From NCBI GenBank assembly GCA_036517735.1, contig DATDUD010000020.1, forward strand, positions 1 to 54,048: DNA of 54,048 bases, written 5' to 3'. A program made the position numbers and the translations under genes. The stretch is from Minisyncoccota bacterium. Its GTDB lineage: Bacteria > Patescibacteriota > Minisyncoccia > Phycocordibacterales > Phycocordibacteraceae. This document shows, one piece after another, positions 27,328-36,392 of this stretch (position 1 is its first letter; the number at the start of each line of letters is the position of its first letter). A model generated the notes under the pieces. It searched no databases. It was not told the DNA's origin and saw nothing but the letters and a program-made list of their open reading frames with translations.

Positions 27328-27353
27328 GGAAATCCCCAGAAATGGGGATTTCC
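27328..27353 (+). terminator. terminator-like hairpin after tRNA-Tyr
   Basis: Perfect 10-bp stem GGAAATCCCC-AGAAAT-GGGGATTTCC followed by TGTTGTG. The T-tract is weak. Confidence 0.6.
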
Positions 27354-27639
27354 TGTTGTGCTTGGGCGAAAGCCACATGTGAATTATCAAATGCAGACTT
27401 GTTTTGGTTCGATATTATGCGGGATATTTGATTAACGAGAAAGCCACATCAAGCTGCGGCGAATCGCCGGAGACGGCTCACGCGAAACACTTACCGTACC
27501 TAATCATAAAGAGCTCGACCGGGGCACCGTCGTGTCCCTGTATCGCCAGGGAGGACGCTACATTCCCGAATCGGAACTTCGGCCTCATTTCTACTCTAAT
27601 TAGAGCGAGCCAAGCTGCTTAGCAGCAAGATCCGGACCT

Positions 27640-29154
27640 TTACATACTCCTGATCACTTCCACTTTAGCTCCCAGCTTATTCAATCTCTCCGCAATCTCT
27701 GCATACCCTCGCTGAATGGAATACACATTCCGAAGGGTCGAAACTCCTTCGGCAGCCAGCATTGCAATGAGAATGACTGCAGAGGGGCGGAGTGCAGGAG
27801 GACAGACTATCTGTGCGCCTTTAAGTTTCGTAGGGCCCTCGATGAGTGCACGATGTGGATCAAGCAGCGTTACCTTCGCGCCCAAGCGATTGAGTTCCGT
27901 AAAATAGATAGCGCGATTCTCCCACGTCCAGTCGTGTATGAGGGTGGTGCCCGAAGCCTGTGTCGCAAGAGGAACGAAGAAGGGGAGGTTATCGTTCTGA
28001 AGTCCCGGAAAGGGCTGGGTGTGGAGCTTGTCCGGAAGCGCGTGAAGTTTTGACGGGCGAGTCGTGATATCAACAAGTTCAGTACGTCCGTTCCGAGAAA
28101 GATACTTCTCTCCCACGTCGAACAAAAGGCCCATGGTGCGGAGTTTCTCAAGCTCGAGAAGGAGGAAGTTCACTGATACCCGTTTAATGGTTATGGTCGA
28201 TTCGGTAATCGCCGCAGCTGCAAGAAAGAACATCGCTTCGATAGGATCCTCGCTGTTATAGTGCTCGACTGTTTGATCTATATCCGATACCCCGTGCACG
28301 GTAAGAGTCGTTGTCCCAATCCCTTCTATATGCACGCCCATCTTCTCAAGCAGGAAGCAGACGTCCTGCACTTGGTAATTTGGTGGTGCGAACTTGATGA
28401 TCGAAACTCCCGGAATGAGCGCAGTAGCAAGAAGCATATTGATGGCTCCCGTATCACTTGATTCGTAGAGGACGAACTCGGCCGGGCGAAGCTTCCCCGC
28501 GGTGATCTCGTAATGGGCCTCCCGCGTCTTGATGCGCACGCCGAACTTCTCAAGTCCCTGCCTGTGGGCGGAAATGGTGCGTTCTCCCATCTTGCAGCCG
28601 CCTGAGTGTGGAAGACGGAAAGACTTTCCCCAGTGTATGAGGGCTCCTATGAACGTGAACGAGCGAGTACGTGCGGCAACGTCCACGTTTATATTTCCGA
28701 AATCAAGTTTCTTGGGAGGCTGTATCTCAAGCGTATCCGGAGAAGTCCACCTGACCGATACTCCAAGACTTTCAACAAACTCAATGTATCGATATACCTC
28801 CTCGATGCGGGGAATGTCGTGGAGTATGGTCTTCCCGCGATTAAGGAGAGATGCGCAGATCATATTGACCGCGCCGTTTTTCGAACCGTTTATGATGATG
28901 GAACCTTTGAGCTTTCTGCCTCCCGTCACCCTGAAGTCTATGGACTCGGTCAGTCCAAGGATCTTCCGCTCAAGAACCTTGCTTATCTTTCCAAGCTCGT
29001 TCAGGGTCAGGTTCTGATGTCCGTTCTCTATGCGCGCCACGGCGCTCTGTGAGGTGCCCAGTTCCTTGGCAAATACCTTCTGGGTCATGCCTTTCTCCTC
29101 CCGGAGCTTCTTGATCAGAAACCCTACCTTTGTCTGCTCGCTTGTTCGCGCCAT
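27640..29154 (-). CDS. murA: UDP-N-acetylglucosamine 1-carboxyvinyltransferase (MurA) with N-terminal XRE-type HTH domain
   Basis: Residues about 8-65 (FLIKKLREEKGMTQKVFAKELGTSQSAVARIENGHQNLTLNELGKI) form a Cro/C1-type HTH. The rest aligns by eye with MurA: INGSKNGAV, GGCKMGERTI with the catalytic Cys, PFPGLQNDN, IQRGYAEIAERLNKLGAKV. Start trimmed to ATG 29154, which lies after TATACC on the minus strand. Confidence 0.9.
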   Translation of the reverse strand: MARTSEQTKVGFLIKKLREEKGMTQKVFAKELGTSQSAVARIENGHQNLTLNELGKISKVLERKILGLTESIDFRVTGGRKLKGSIIINGSKNGAVNMICASLLNRGKTILHDIPRIEEVYRYIEFVESLGVSVRWTSPDTLEIQPPKKLDFGNINVDVAARTRSFTFIGALIHWGKSFRLPHSGGCKMGERTISAHRQGLEKFGVRIKTREAHYEITAGKLRPAEFVLYESSDTGAINMLLATALIPGVSIIKFAPPNYQVQDVCFLLEKMGVHIEGIGTTTLTVHGVSDIDQTVEHYNSEDPIEAMFFLAAAAITESTITIKRVSVNFLLLELEKLRTMGLLFDVGEKYLSRNGRTELVDITTRPSKLHALPDKLHTQPFPGLQNDNLPFFVPLATQASGTTLIHDWTWENRAIYFTELNRLGAKVTLLDPHRALIEGPTKLKGAQIVCPPALRPSAVILIAMLAAEGVSTLRNVYSIQRGYAEIAERLNKLGAKVEVIRSM

Positions 29155-29181
29155 AGCTACAGGTATATCATATGTGCTATG
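29152..29181. promoter_or_regulatory. palindromic divergent murA/murB control region
   Basis: Inverted repeat CATAGC (29152-29157) / GCTATG (29176-29181) contains both start codons. The central GGTATATCATAT carries overlapping -10 boxes for both strands. Confidence 0.5.
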
Positions 29182-30180
29182 CACCTCCGTGAGGATATCC
29201 CCCTTGCTCCTCTGACCACCTTCCGGCTTGGGCCTTCTGCCCGCTATTTGATCGACATACGAACAAAGGAAGAGCTTCCTGAAGCTTTTGCGTTCATCCG
29301 TAAGAAAAAGCTTCCTTTCTTCGTGCTTGGCGGAGGATCAAATACCATCTTTACCGACCTGCACCATTTCGAAGGGATCGTTCTCAGAGTAGAAATCCCC
29401 GGCTTTGAGGTATCCGGTACAACAGTTCGCGTCGGTGCTGGGGAGGATTGGGACAGCGTGGTTGAACAGTGTGTCTCCCAAGGACTTTCCGGCATTGAGG
29501 CAATGTCCGCCATACCGGGCTCTGCAGGCGCAACTCCCATACAGAACGTCGGAGCATACGGGCGGGAGATAGCAGACGTGCTTGAGAGCGTTGAAGTCCA
29601 TGATTATCTAGACAACTTATTAAAGACTCTTTCGCCCGAAGAGTGCCGGTTCACATACCGCGACAGCATCTTCCGGCACGAGAAACGATATGTCATCACA
29701 GCCATCACCCTAAAACTCTCTGAGGAAAAGTCTTCCGTCCCCGATTATCCAGGAGTAAAGGCTTTCTTCGGTGCGCGCGGCATCACTGATCCCTCACTTG
29801 CAGATATACGGAGCGCCATTATTGAAATACGCAAGACCAAGCTTCCGGACCCGAAGGATGTTCCTTCAGTTGGGTCGTTCTTCAAGAATCCGTTTGTTTC
29901 CGAAGAGGTCGTGCTGCGGCTCCAAGAAAAGTATGATGCTCCAATAGTGTTCGAGCAGAACGATGGGAAGTACAAGGTGGGAGCCGGATGGCTGATTGAT
30001 ACTCTTGGCCTGAAAGGGAAGTCGTTCGGCACCATTTCCACCTATCCACAAAATGCTCTAGTGCTGACGAATACCGGAGGCGCTACATATGCCGAGCTTG
30101 CGGAAGTCATGACTTCCATACAGAAGCAGGTGCACGAACGGTTCGGCATAGACCTCGAACCCGAGCCTACGTTCATATAG
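29179..30180 (+). CDS. murB: UDP-N-acetylenolpyruvoylglucosamine reductase
   Basis: PLAPLTTFRLG, VLGGGSNTIF FAD-binding region, and the C-terminal MurB domain (GSFFKNP, AGWLID). Confidence 0.93.
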   Translation: MHLREDIPLAPLTTFRLGPSARYLIDIRTKEELPEAFAFIRKKKLPFFVLGGGSNTIFTDLHHFEGIVLRVEIPGFEVSGTTVRVGAGEDWDSVVEQCVSQGLSGIEAMSAIPGSAGATPIQNVGAYGREIADVLESVEVHDYLDNLLKTLSPEECRFTYRDSIFRHEKRYVITAITLKLSEEKSSVPDYPGVKAFFGARGITDPSLADIRSAIIEIRKTKLPDPKDVPSVGSFFKNPFVSEEVVLRLQEKYDAPIVFEQNDGKYKVGAGWLIDTLGLKGKSFGTISTYPQNALVLTNTGGATYAELAEVMTSIQKQVHERFGIDLEPEPTFI

Positions 30181-30199
30181 CTGTGCTATCGTACTCTCC

Positions 30200-31141
30200 A
30201 TGAGCACAAAACAGACCCTCCTTACAGGCCTCCAGCCGTCAGGTGATCTGCATATCGGCAACTATTTTGGCGCACTTAAACCCTTTCTTGATGCGTACAG
30301 GGAGTACGACAGCTTCCTCATGCTCGCTGATTATCACGCTCTCACGTCTCTTCGCGACCCCAAGGAGCTGCGTACGAATACGCACAACCTCGCAAAAGCA
30401 TACCTAGCCGCAGGCTTTGATCCGGAACAGGCAACTATATTCAGGCAGTCGGACGTACCTGAACACACCGAACTTGCTTGGATATTCGACTGCGTCGTCA
30501 CCGTCCCATTCCTTATGCAGGCGCACGCGTACAAAGACAAGGTTGCCAAAGGTCTTGACGCTAATGCCGGCCTCTTCACGTATCCGATGCTCATGGCGGC
30601 GGATATCCTCCTGTACGATACAGACATTGTGCCGGTGGGCGAAGACCAACGACAGCATGTTGAATATGCAAGAGAAGCTGCAACGAAATTCAATGCTGTT
30701 TTCGGAGAACTTTTTAAGAAGCCTAAGGAGCTCATTCTTCCATCCGTAGGAGTGGTGCCGGGAACTGACGGCGCAAAGATGAGCAAGAGCTATGGCAATA
30801 CCATTCCTCTTTTTGCTTCCCGTGCTGAGCTAGCTGACGCAGTTATGGCTATCGTCACCGATTCAGACACAAGACGACCGGAGAACGTATATGCGATACA
30901 TAAGCTCATAAAGAGCGAGGATGAACTCGATACTCTGTACACCGAACATGAAGGGCAGTACAAAGTTCTCAAGGAGGCCCTTATCGAAGACCTCGATTCG
31001 TTCCTTGCTCCTATGCGCATGAAGTACGAAAGCATTTCAAATGACGAAGTATCAAATGTACTTAAGACAGGAGCTGCAAAGGCTCGGGAGCGTGCAGGAG
31101 CTAAGATGGAAACCGTGCGGAAGGCGGTGGGAGTGCGATAG
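30200..31141 (+). CDS. trpS: tryptophan--tRNA ligase
   Basis: GLQPSGDLHIGNYFG (HIGH-type), VPVGEDQRQH, KMSKS. Confidence 0.95.
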   Translation: MSTKQTLLTGLQPSGDLHIGNYFGALKPFLDAYREYDSFLMLADYHALTSLRDPKELRTNTHNLAKAYLAAGFDPEQATIFRQSDVPEHTELAWIFDCVVTVPFLMQAHAYKDKVAKGLDANAGLFTYPMLMAADILLYDTDIVPVGEDQRQHVEYAREAATKFNAVFGELFKKPKELILPSVGVVPGTDGAKMSKSYGNTIPLFASRAELADAVMAIVTDSDTRRPENVYAIHKLIKSEDELDTLYTEHEGQYKVLKEALIEDLDSFLAPMRMKYESISNDEVSNVLKTGAAKARERAGAKMETVRKAVGVR

Positions 31142-31351
31142 AAACCTGAACGACTGCGTGTTGGTTTTAACTACCGGACAACCGCACTAACGCAGTTGAA
31201 AGATAAGGGGATGGAAGGTGAGTACCGAACCCGAGAAACCAGCTATGAAGAAGGACCCGTGGGATCCAATTTTCGGCCCCTGCAGACTTCGAACGCCTGG
31301 CCCCGATGTGCCGTGGATAAGGCAAGACCAGGTTCCTCCCAAACAAGATGC

Positions 31352-31387
31352 CCCGCCCTGATACCAGGGCGGGTTTGTGCTATTTTT
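31352..31387 (+). terminator. strong rho-independent terminator immediately before aspS
   Basis: CCCGCCCTG-ATAC-CAGGGCGGG followed by TTTGTGCTATTTTT. It ends 8 nt before ATG 31395. Confidence 0.8.
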
Positions 31388-31394
31388 ATAGAAC

Positions 31395-32705
31395 ATGGAA
31401 CGGATACTGATAGGGGTGCTCGGCGATCACGTCGGCGAGACGGTGAATCTGTGTGGCTGGGTGGACGTGCGTCGTGACCAGGGGAAGTTGGTCTTTTTCG
31501 ATTTCCGTGACCGTACCGGATACGTCCAGGGTGTCGTCCTTCCGGGAGACGATGCACTTATGGAAACCGCCAAAGAGGTGCGTAGCGAATACGTCGTCCG
31601 GGTGACCGGCATCGTGAACAAGCGCCCCGAGAAGAACGCACAGACTGACAAACAGAACGGAGATATTGAGCTTGAGATCAAGGGTATTGAGGTGCTCTCC
31701 AAGGCGCACGAGCTGCCGTTCGATAAGGACGCGGAACTTAACATTGATACCCGTTTCGACAATCGGCCGTACACGCTCAGAAGCCAGCGCGACCGCGATA
31801 TCTTCAGCGTGCAGGCATCCATCGTCGACGCATACCGATCCTCTCTCATCCGCCAGGGCTTCACCGACTTCCAGGCACCGGCTCTGGTAGGGAGCGACGC
31901 GGAAGGTGGCTCGGCCGTTTTCAAGGTCGAGTACTTCAACGATGAGACAGCGTATCTTGCCACCTCGCCCCAGCTCTACAAGCAGATTATGGTTGGAGCT
32001 TTTGAACGCGTATTCACAGTCGCTAGAATATTCCGCGCTGAGAAGAGTGCCACCACACGCCATCTTTCAGAAGCTACCTGTATCGACTTCGAGATGGGCT
32101 TTATCAACGACGAGAACGACGTGATGCGCGTGCTCGAAGCCACGATAGGTGACGTAGTAACCACTGTTGCAGAGAAGCATAAAGATGCTTTCAATCGTCT
32201 AGGGGCCGAAATACCTCTTCTTGGGAATTCCTTCCCAATCCTCACTCTTTCAGAAGTATTTCAGACGCTCGGTCTTCCCGAGGAAGACGACCTTGCTCCC
32301 GAACACGAGCGCGCTATCTGCGAGTGGGCAAAGAAAGAACACAATTGCGACTTTATCTTCGTTACCAGATTCCCGACGGATGCCCGTGCCTTCTATACGA
32401 TGGCCGCCGAGGGGAAGCTATCACGGGGTTTCGACCTTCTTTTCAGAGGTCTTGAAATAAACAGCGGTGCACAGCGTATCCACGACTATGACGATCTAGT
32501 AGCGCGCATACAGGAGCGCGGAATGGACCCTGACAAGTTCCAGTTTTATCTCCAAGCTTTCAAATACGGCATCCCTCCCCACGGAGGCTGCTCGACAGGC
32601 CTTGAACGATTCACCATGAAGATGCTCCAGCTTGAGAACGCGAAGGAAGCGTCGGCGTTCCCGCGCGATATGAACCGCATCGACACGCTGCTGTCGGCTG
32701 AATAA
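31395..32705 (+). CDS. aspS: aspartate--tRNA ligase, short archaeal/type-2 form
   Basis: N-terminal OB fold (GWVDVRRDQGKLVFFDFRDRTG). Class II motifs (FRAE, GLERF). 436 aa with no bacterial insertion domain. Confidence 0.95.
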   Translation: MERILIGVLGDHVGETVNLCGWVDVRRDQGKLVFFDFRDRTGYVQGVVLPGDDALMETAKEVRSEYVVRVTGIVNKRPEKNAQTDKQNGDIELEIKGIEVLSKAHELPFDKDAELNIDTRFDNRPYTLRSQRDRDIFSVQASIVDAYRSSLIRQGFTDFQAPALVGSDAEGGSAVFKVEYFNDETAYLATSPQLYKQIMVGAFERVFTVARIFRAEKSATTRHLSEATCIDFEMGFINDENDVMRVLEATIGDVVTTVAEKHKDAFNRLGAEIPLLGNSFPILTLSEVFQTLGLPEEDDLAPEHERAICEWAKKEHNCDFIFVTRFPTDARAFYTMAAEGKLSRGFDLLFRGLEINSGAQRIHDYDDLVARIQERGMDPDKFQFYLQAFKYGIPPHGGCSTGLERFTMKMLQLENAKEASAFPRDMNRIDTLLSAE

Positions 32706-32707
32706 GT

Positions 32708-34114
32708 ATGAAAATAGCGTTTGCTAAATCGATAGAGAAAGCACCAAAGGGATATCTCCGGGTACGGCTGATGCAGGAGGACCGAGGTACAAAGCGCATT
32801 GTCAGAGAGAAAGGCATCGACTGGCTTGAGCTTGGAGTAGGAAAGCCTACCGATATGAACTTGCGTAAGTTCGTCATTCTTTGCAGGTCCATAATCAGGA
32901 CAGCCAAGGAATCGAAGTATAAGAAGGTGGCAACACAGTTCGATCTCACTCCCGAGATATTCAAGAATCTTCAGCACCTCACTCCCGAGAAAATATCCGA
33001 GATAGTTGGCACTAATTATGAGATGGCTAACTTCGAACCGAATGCCTTCAAGACAAAGCCAAAAGAAGGATGGCTTGAAGTTACTGACGTGCTTGCCTGT
33101 GGAAGAACATACAAATCCATGGAGCTTGCAGTTAAGCGCGGACAAGAGATAGGGAGGGCAGTGAATGCCTGCAGAAAGCTTGCGAACACTCCAGGCGGCG
33201 ATATGACGCCGAAACTTCTCGCGAAAGCTGCAAAGGACGCCGCCAAAGGCCTTCCAGTCAAAGTGACTGCACTTGGACGCAAGGAAATGCAAAAGCTTGG
33301 TATGGGAGCCGTTTTGGGAGTCGGACGCGGTTCATCGCACGAGCCTACTTTTACGATCATGGAGTATCGTGGAGGAGGGAAGGAGCAACCAATCGTCCTC
33401 GTAGGAAAGGGCATTACCTTCGATTCAGGAGGCATAAACATAAAACCTTCTTCAGGCATCTATGAAATGCATATGGACATGTCAGGAGCTGCGAGCGTCA
33501 TACATACCGTTACGCTTGCCGCGCGCCTGAAGCTCAAGCGCAACGTCATTGGTCTCATCCCCGCAGCGGAGAACATGCCGGGAAATGATGCCCTGCGTCC
33601 CGGCGATATTGTGCGGTCACTTTCAGGCAAGACCATTGAGGTCACCGATACGGACGCAGAAGGACGCCTCGTACTTGCCGATGCCATTACGTACGCGAAG
33701 CGCTTTAACCCTAAAGCCATCATCGATGTGGCAACGCTCACCGGTGCCGCAGAAGTCGCCCTCGGCCATTACGCAAGCGGCCTCATGACGCGTGACGACA
33801 AGCTTGCGGGAGCACTTCTCGAGCTTGGCGAAACCAGCGGCGACTATGTCTGGCGATTGCCACTGTGGGATGAATATGAGGGCGTTCTCAAAAGCGAATT
33901 CGCCGACATTCAGAATCACTCCATAAAGGAAGGGAGGTACGGAGGAGCTTCAAACGGCGCCATATTCCTTTGGCAGTTTGCAAAGGAGCTTGATTGCCCT
34001 TGGGCGCACATCGATATTGCTCCGCGTATGACCGCAGCTGCAGGCGAAGAACTCTCCAAAGGAGCTGCAGGTGCTCCGGTACGTCTTCTTTTCTCATACT
34101 TGGAGAACGCCTAG
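32708..34114 (+). CDS. pepA: leucyl aminopeptidase (M17)
   Basis: VGKGITFDSGGINIKP and TDTDAEGRLVLADA signatures. Confidence 0.93.
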   Translation: MKIAFAKSIEKAPKGYLRVRLMQEDRGTKRIVREKGIDWLELGVGKPTDMNLRKFVILCRSIIRTAKESKYKKVATQFDLTPEIFKNLQHLTPEKISEIVGTNYEMANFEPNAFKTKPKEGWLEVTDVLACGRTYKSMELAVKRGQEIGRAVNACRKLANTPGGDMTPKLLAKAAKDAAKGLPVKVTALGRKEMQKLGMGAVLGVGRGSSHEPTFTIMEYRGGGKEQPIVLVGKGITFDSGGINIKPSSGIYEMHMDMSGAASVIHTVTLAARLKLKRNVIGLIPAAENMPGNDALRPGDIVRSLSGKTIEVTDTDAEGRLVLADAITYAKRFNPKAIIDVATLTGAAEVALGHYASGLMTRDDKLAGALLELGETSGDYVWRLPLWDEYEGVLKSEFADIQNHSIKEGRYGGASNGAIFLWQFAKELDCPWAHIDIAPRMTAAAGEELSKGAAGAPVRLLFSYLENA

Positions 34115-34116
34115 CT

Positions 34117-34845
34117 ATGGAAACCCCACCGTCTTTTACCGTCCGTACAGGAGAATACGAAGGCCCCATGGAGATACTTCTCGACCTCATCGAAAGGAGG
34201 AAGTTTCTCGTGAATGAGTTGTCGATCTCGCAGGTCACTGACGACTTCATCACCTACGTACGCACGAGTGATGGCTTCCCTATGGAGGATGCAGCGAACT
34301 TCGTTGCTATCGCAGCAACTCTCCTTCTTATAAAATCGAAGTCGCTTCTGCCGGAGCTTGAACTCTCAAGCGATGAGGAAGAGGACATCGACGACCTGAA
34401 GCGGAGGCTTGAAGTGTATGAGCGGGCAAGGAATGCTGCCCGCGATTTGAGCCGGCTCTTCGGTCGACGCATTATGCTTCCTGCAGGAGAGCAAAAACTG
34501 GAACCCATGTTCGCGCCGTCAAAAGACCTTGATCTTGATCGTCTCTCAAAAGCCCTCGAAGCTGTTCTGGCCGCGAGGGAAGTGGAGGTCAAGCTTCCTG
34601 AAGCGCGCGTTCGTCCCATGATCTCCATCGAGGAGATGATGGACAACCTGCGAGAGCGGGTTGAGCGCGCACTCTCCTTCTCGTTCTCGGAATTTGCAGG
34701 GGATGCCAAGGAAAAGATAGAGGTCATCGTATCCTTCCTCGCCCTCCTTGAGCTTGTGAAGCAGGGGGCGGTCGAGGTCGACCAACAGGGAGACTTTAAG
34801 GATATACAGATAACGAACACGAGGGTGGCAGTGCCCCGGTACTAA
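34117..34845 (+). CDS. scpA: segregation and condensation protein A
   Basis: YEGPMEILLDLIERRKFLVNELSISQVTDDF is a typical kleisin N-terminus. Start trimmed to ATG 34117. Followed by scpB. Confidence 0.88.
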   Translation: METPPSFTVRTGEYEGPMEILLDLIERRKFLVNELSISQVTDDFITYVRTSDGFPMEDAANFVAIAATLLLIKSKSLLPELELSSDEEEDIDDLKRRLEVYERARNAARDLSRLFGRRIMLPAGEQKLEPMFAPSKDLDLDRLSKALEAVLAAREVEVKLPEARVRPMISIEEMMDNLRERVERALSFSFSEFAGDAKEKIEVIVSFLALLELVKQGAVEVDQQGDFKDIQITNTRVAVPRY

Positions 34846-34890
34846 CCTAGGTTTTCGAGCGGGCTTGCATACGGTATTCTGAGTGTATCC

Positions 34891-35448
34891 ATGACCCTGT
34901 CCCTTTCGCAAACGCTCGAGGCGGTCCTCTTCGCTCATGGCGAACCCATGCCGAAGAAGCAGCTTATGACCTTGCTCGGCATACCGTCCGAAATGCTCGC
35001 TGCCGGCCTTGCAGACCTCCGCGAACACCTCAAGGACCGAGGTCTTGCGCTTGTTGAGACCGATACTGAGATCGAGCTCCGTACACATCCGAACGCAGCA
35101 GCAGTCGTGAAGCAGCTACGCGAAAGCGAGTTCTCCCGCGACCTTGGAAAGGCGAGTCTTGAGACCCTTGCCATCATTCTTTACCAGAACGGAGCGACCC
35201 GGAGCGACATCGACTGGGTGCGCGGTGTGAACTCCACGGCAGCTCTCCGTTCGCTTCTCATGCGCGGACTTATTGAGCGCGGAGAGGACGCAACTGACCG
35301 GAGGCGTGCACGATACACGGCGACTGTGGACGCACTTGCGCATCTTGGACTTAGCAACAAGGAAGCCCTGCCGAGGTATGTAGAACTTGCCGGAGAGCTC
35401 TCCAAAACACAGGCAACACAGGCTGAGAGTGAGGCTGAAACAGTATGA
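34891..35448 (+). CDS. scpB: segregation and condensation protein B
   Basis: LEAVLFAHGEPM, LETLAIILYQNGATRSDID.VRGV winged-helix repeats. Confidence 0.88.
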   Translation: MTLSLSQTLEAVLFAHGEPMPKKQLMTLLGIPSEMLAAGLADLREHLKDRGLALVETDTEIELRTHPNAAAVVKQLRESEFSRDLGKASLETLAIILYQNGATRSDIDWVRGVNSTAALRSLLMRGLIERGEDATDRRRARYTATVDALAHLGLSNKEALPRYVELAGELSKTQATQAESEAETV

Positions 35449-36389
35449 GTACAGTATTCGGAAGCGTTAAAAAGGGTTGGCAGTATGTTGTTGTTGCTGC
35501 GCTCGTTGTCGCCATCATCGGTCTTGTCTTTTTGTACGGGAAGCGCCTAGAGGCCACTCCAACTCCCATAACGAGTCCTAATCCAATAGCAACTACGACA
35601 GCTCTCTCGCCAGAAGCATTCATGGGCATCAATCTCATGGGGCAGTCTGCCATCGTATACGACATAACGACCGGTCAAACCCTGTACTCACAGAACGCCG
35701 ACCGGCAACTTCCCCTGGCCTCGGTAACAAAACTTCTTGCGGTGTATGCAGGCCTTGAGACGCTTGGAGAAGGAGCGCTTGTTCCCATGACTACAACCGC
35801 TCTTTCTGCAGAAGGTGAGAGCGGCCTCATGGAAGGAGAAGTATTCCGCCTTCCGGACCTTGCGCGGTATGCGCTCGTCGGGTCCTCAAACGACGCAGCC
35901 GAGGCCATTGCGGAGTCGGTGGCAGCGCGCAGGTCAATGGATGTCCGCGGAGCGCTCTCTGCTACGGCTGCCAACGCCGGCCTCACAAGGACATATGCCG
36001 TAAATGGTTCAGGACTCGATGTGGATATGGTCTCCTCGGGAGGATACGGCTCTGCGCGCGATGTCGCTGTGCTTGCATCATCCCTCCTGAAAAAGGCACC
36101 CGACATCGCAGGTGCGACCACGGAGCCTGCAGTATTCATACAAAGCACGATTGGCATGCCGCATTCGCTTCCGAACACGAACCAGGGGGCAATCACGATA
36201 CCGGGACTCCTTCTTTCAAAGACCGGGTACACGGACCTTGCAGGAGGGAACCTGGTTGTCATCGTCGATGTGGCCATAGGGCATCCGGTTGCGGTCGTGG
36301 TGCTCGGCTCAACGCGCGAAGGGAGGTTTACGGACGTGAACCGTCTTATTGATGCGACGCACCAGTATTTTGCGGGTATTCCGCGCTAA
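35445..36389 (+). CDS. D-alanyl-D-alanine carboxypeptidase (S11, PBP5-like)
   Basis: SxxK (ASVTKL), SxN (SSND) and KTG (SKTGYT) motifs. N-terminal TM anchor. Confidence 0.85.
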   Translation: MSTVFGSVKKGWQYVVVAALVVAIIGLVFLYGKRLEATPTPITSPNPIATTTALSPEAFMGINLMGQSAIVYDITTGQTLYSQNADRQLPLASVTKLLAVYAGLETLGEGALVPMTTTALSAEGESGLMEGEVFRLPDLARYALVGSSNDAAEAIAESVAARRSMDVRGALSATAANAGLTRTYAVNGSGLDVDMVSSGGYGSARDVAVLASSLLKKAPDIAGATTEPAVFIQSTIGMPHSLPNTNQGAITIPGLLLSKTGYTDLAGGNLVVIVDVAIGHPVAVVVLGSTREGRFTDVNRLIDATHQYFAGIPR

Positions 36390-36392
36390 AGT

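Noticed and set aside
31142-31351. T-box leader or 5S rRNA in the trpS-aspS gap.
   Set aside because: There is no T-box consensus (GGTGGTACCGCG-like) next to the terminator. TACCGAACCCGAGAA only superficially resembles the 5S loop C motif (CCGAACxCxGAAGT), and I could not pair a helix I from the flanks.
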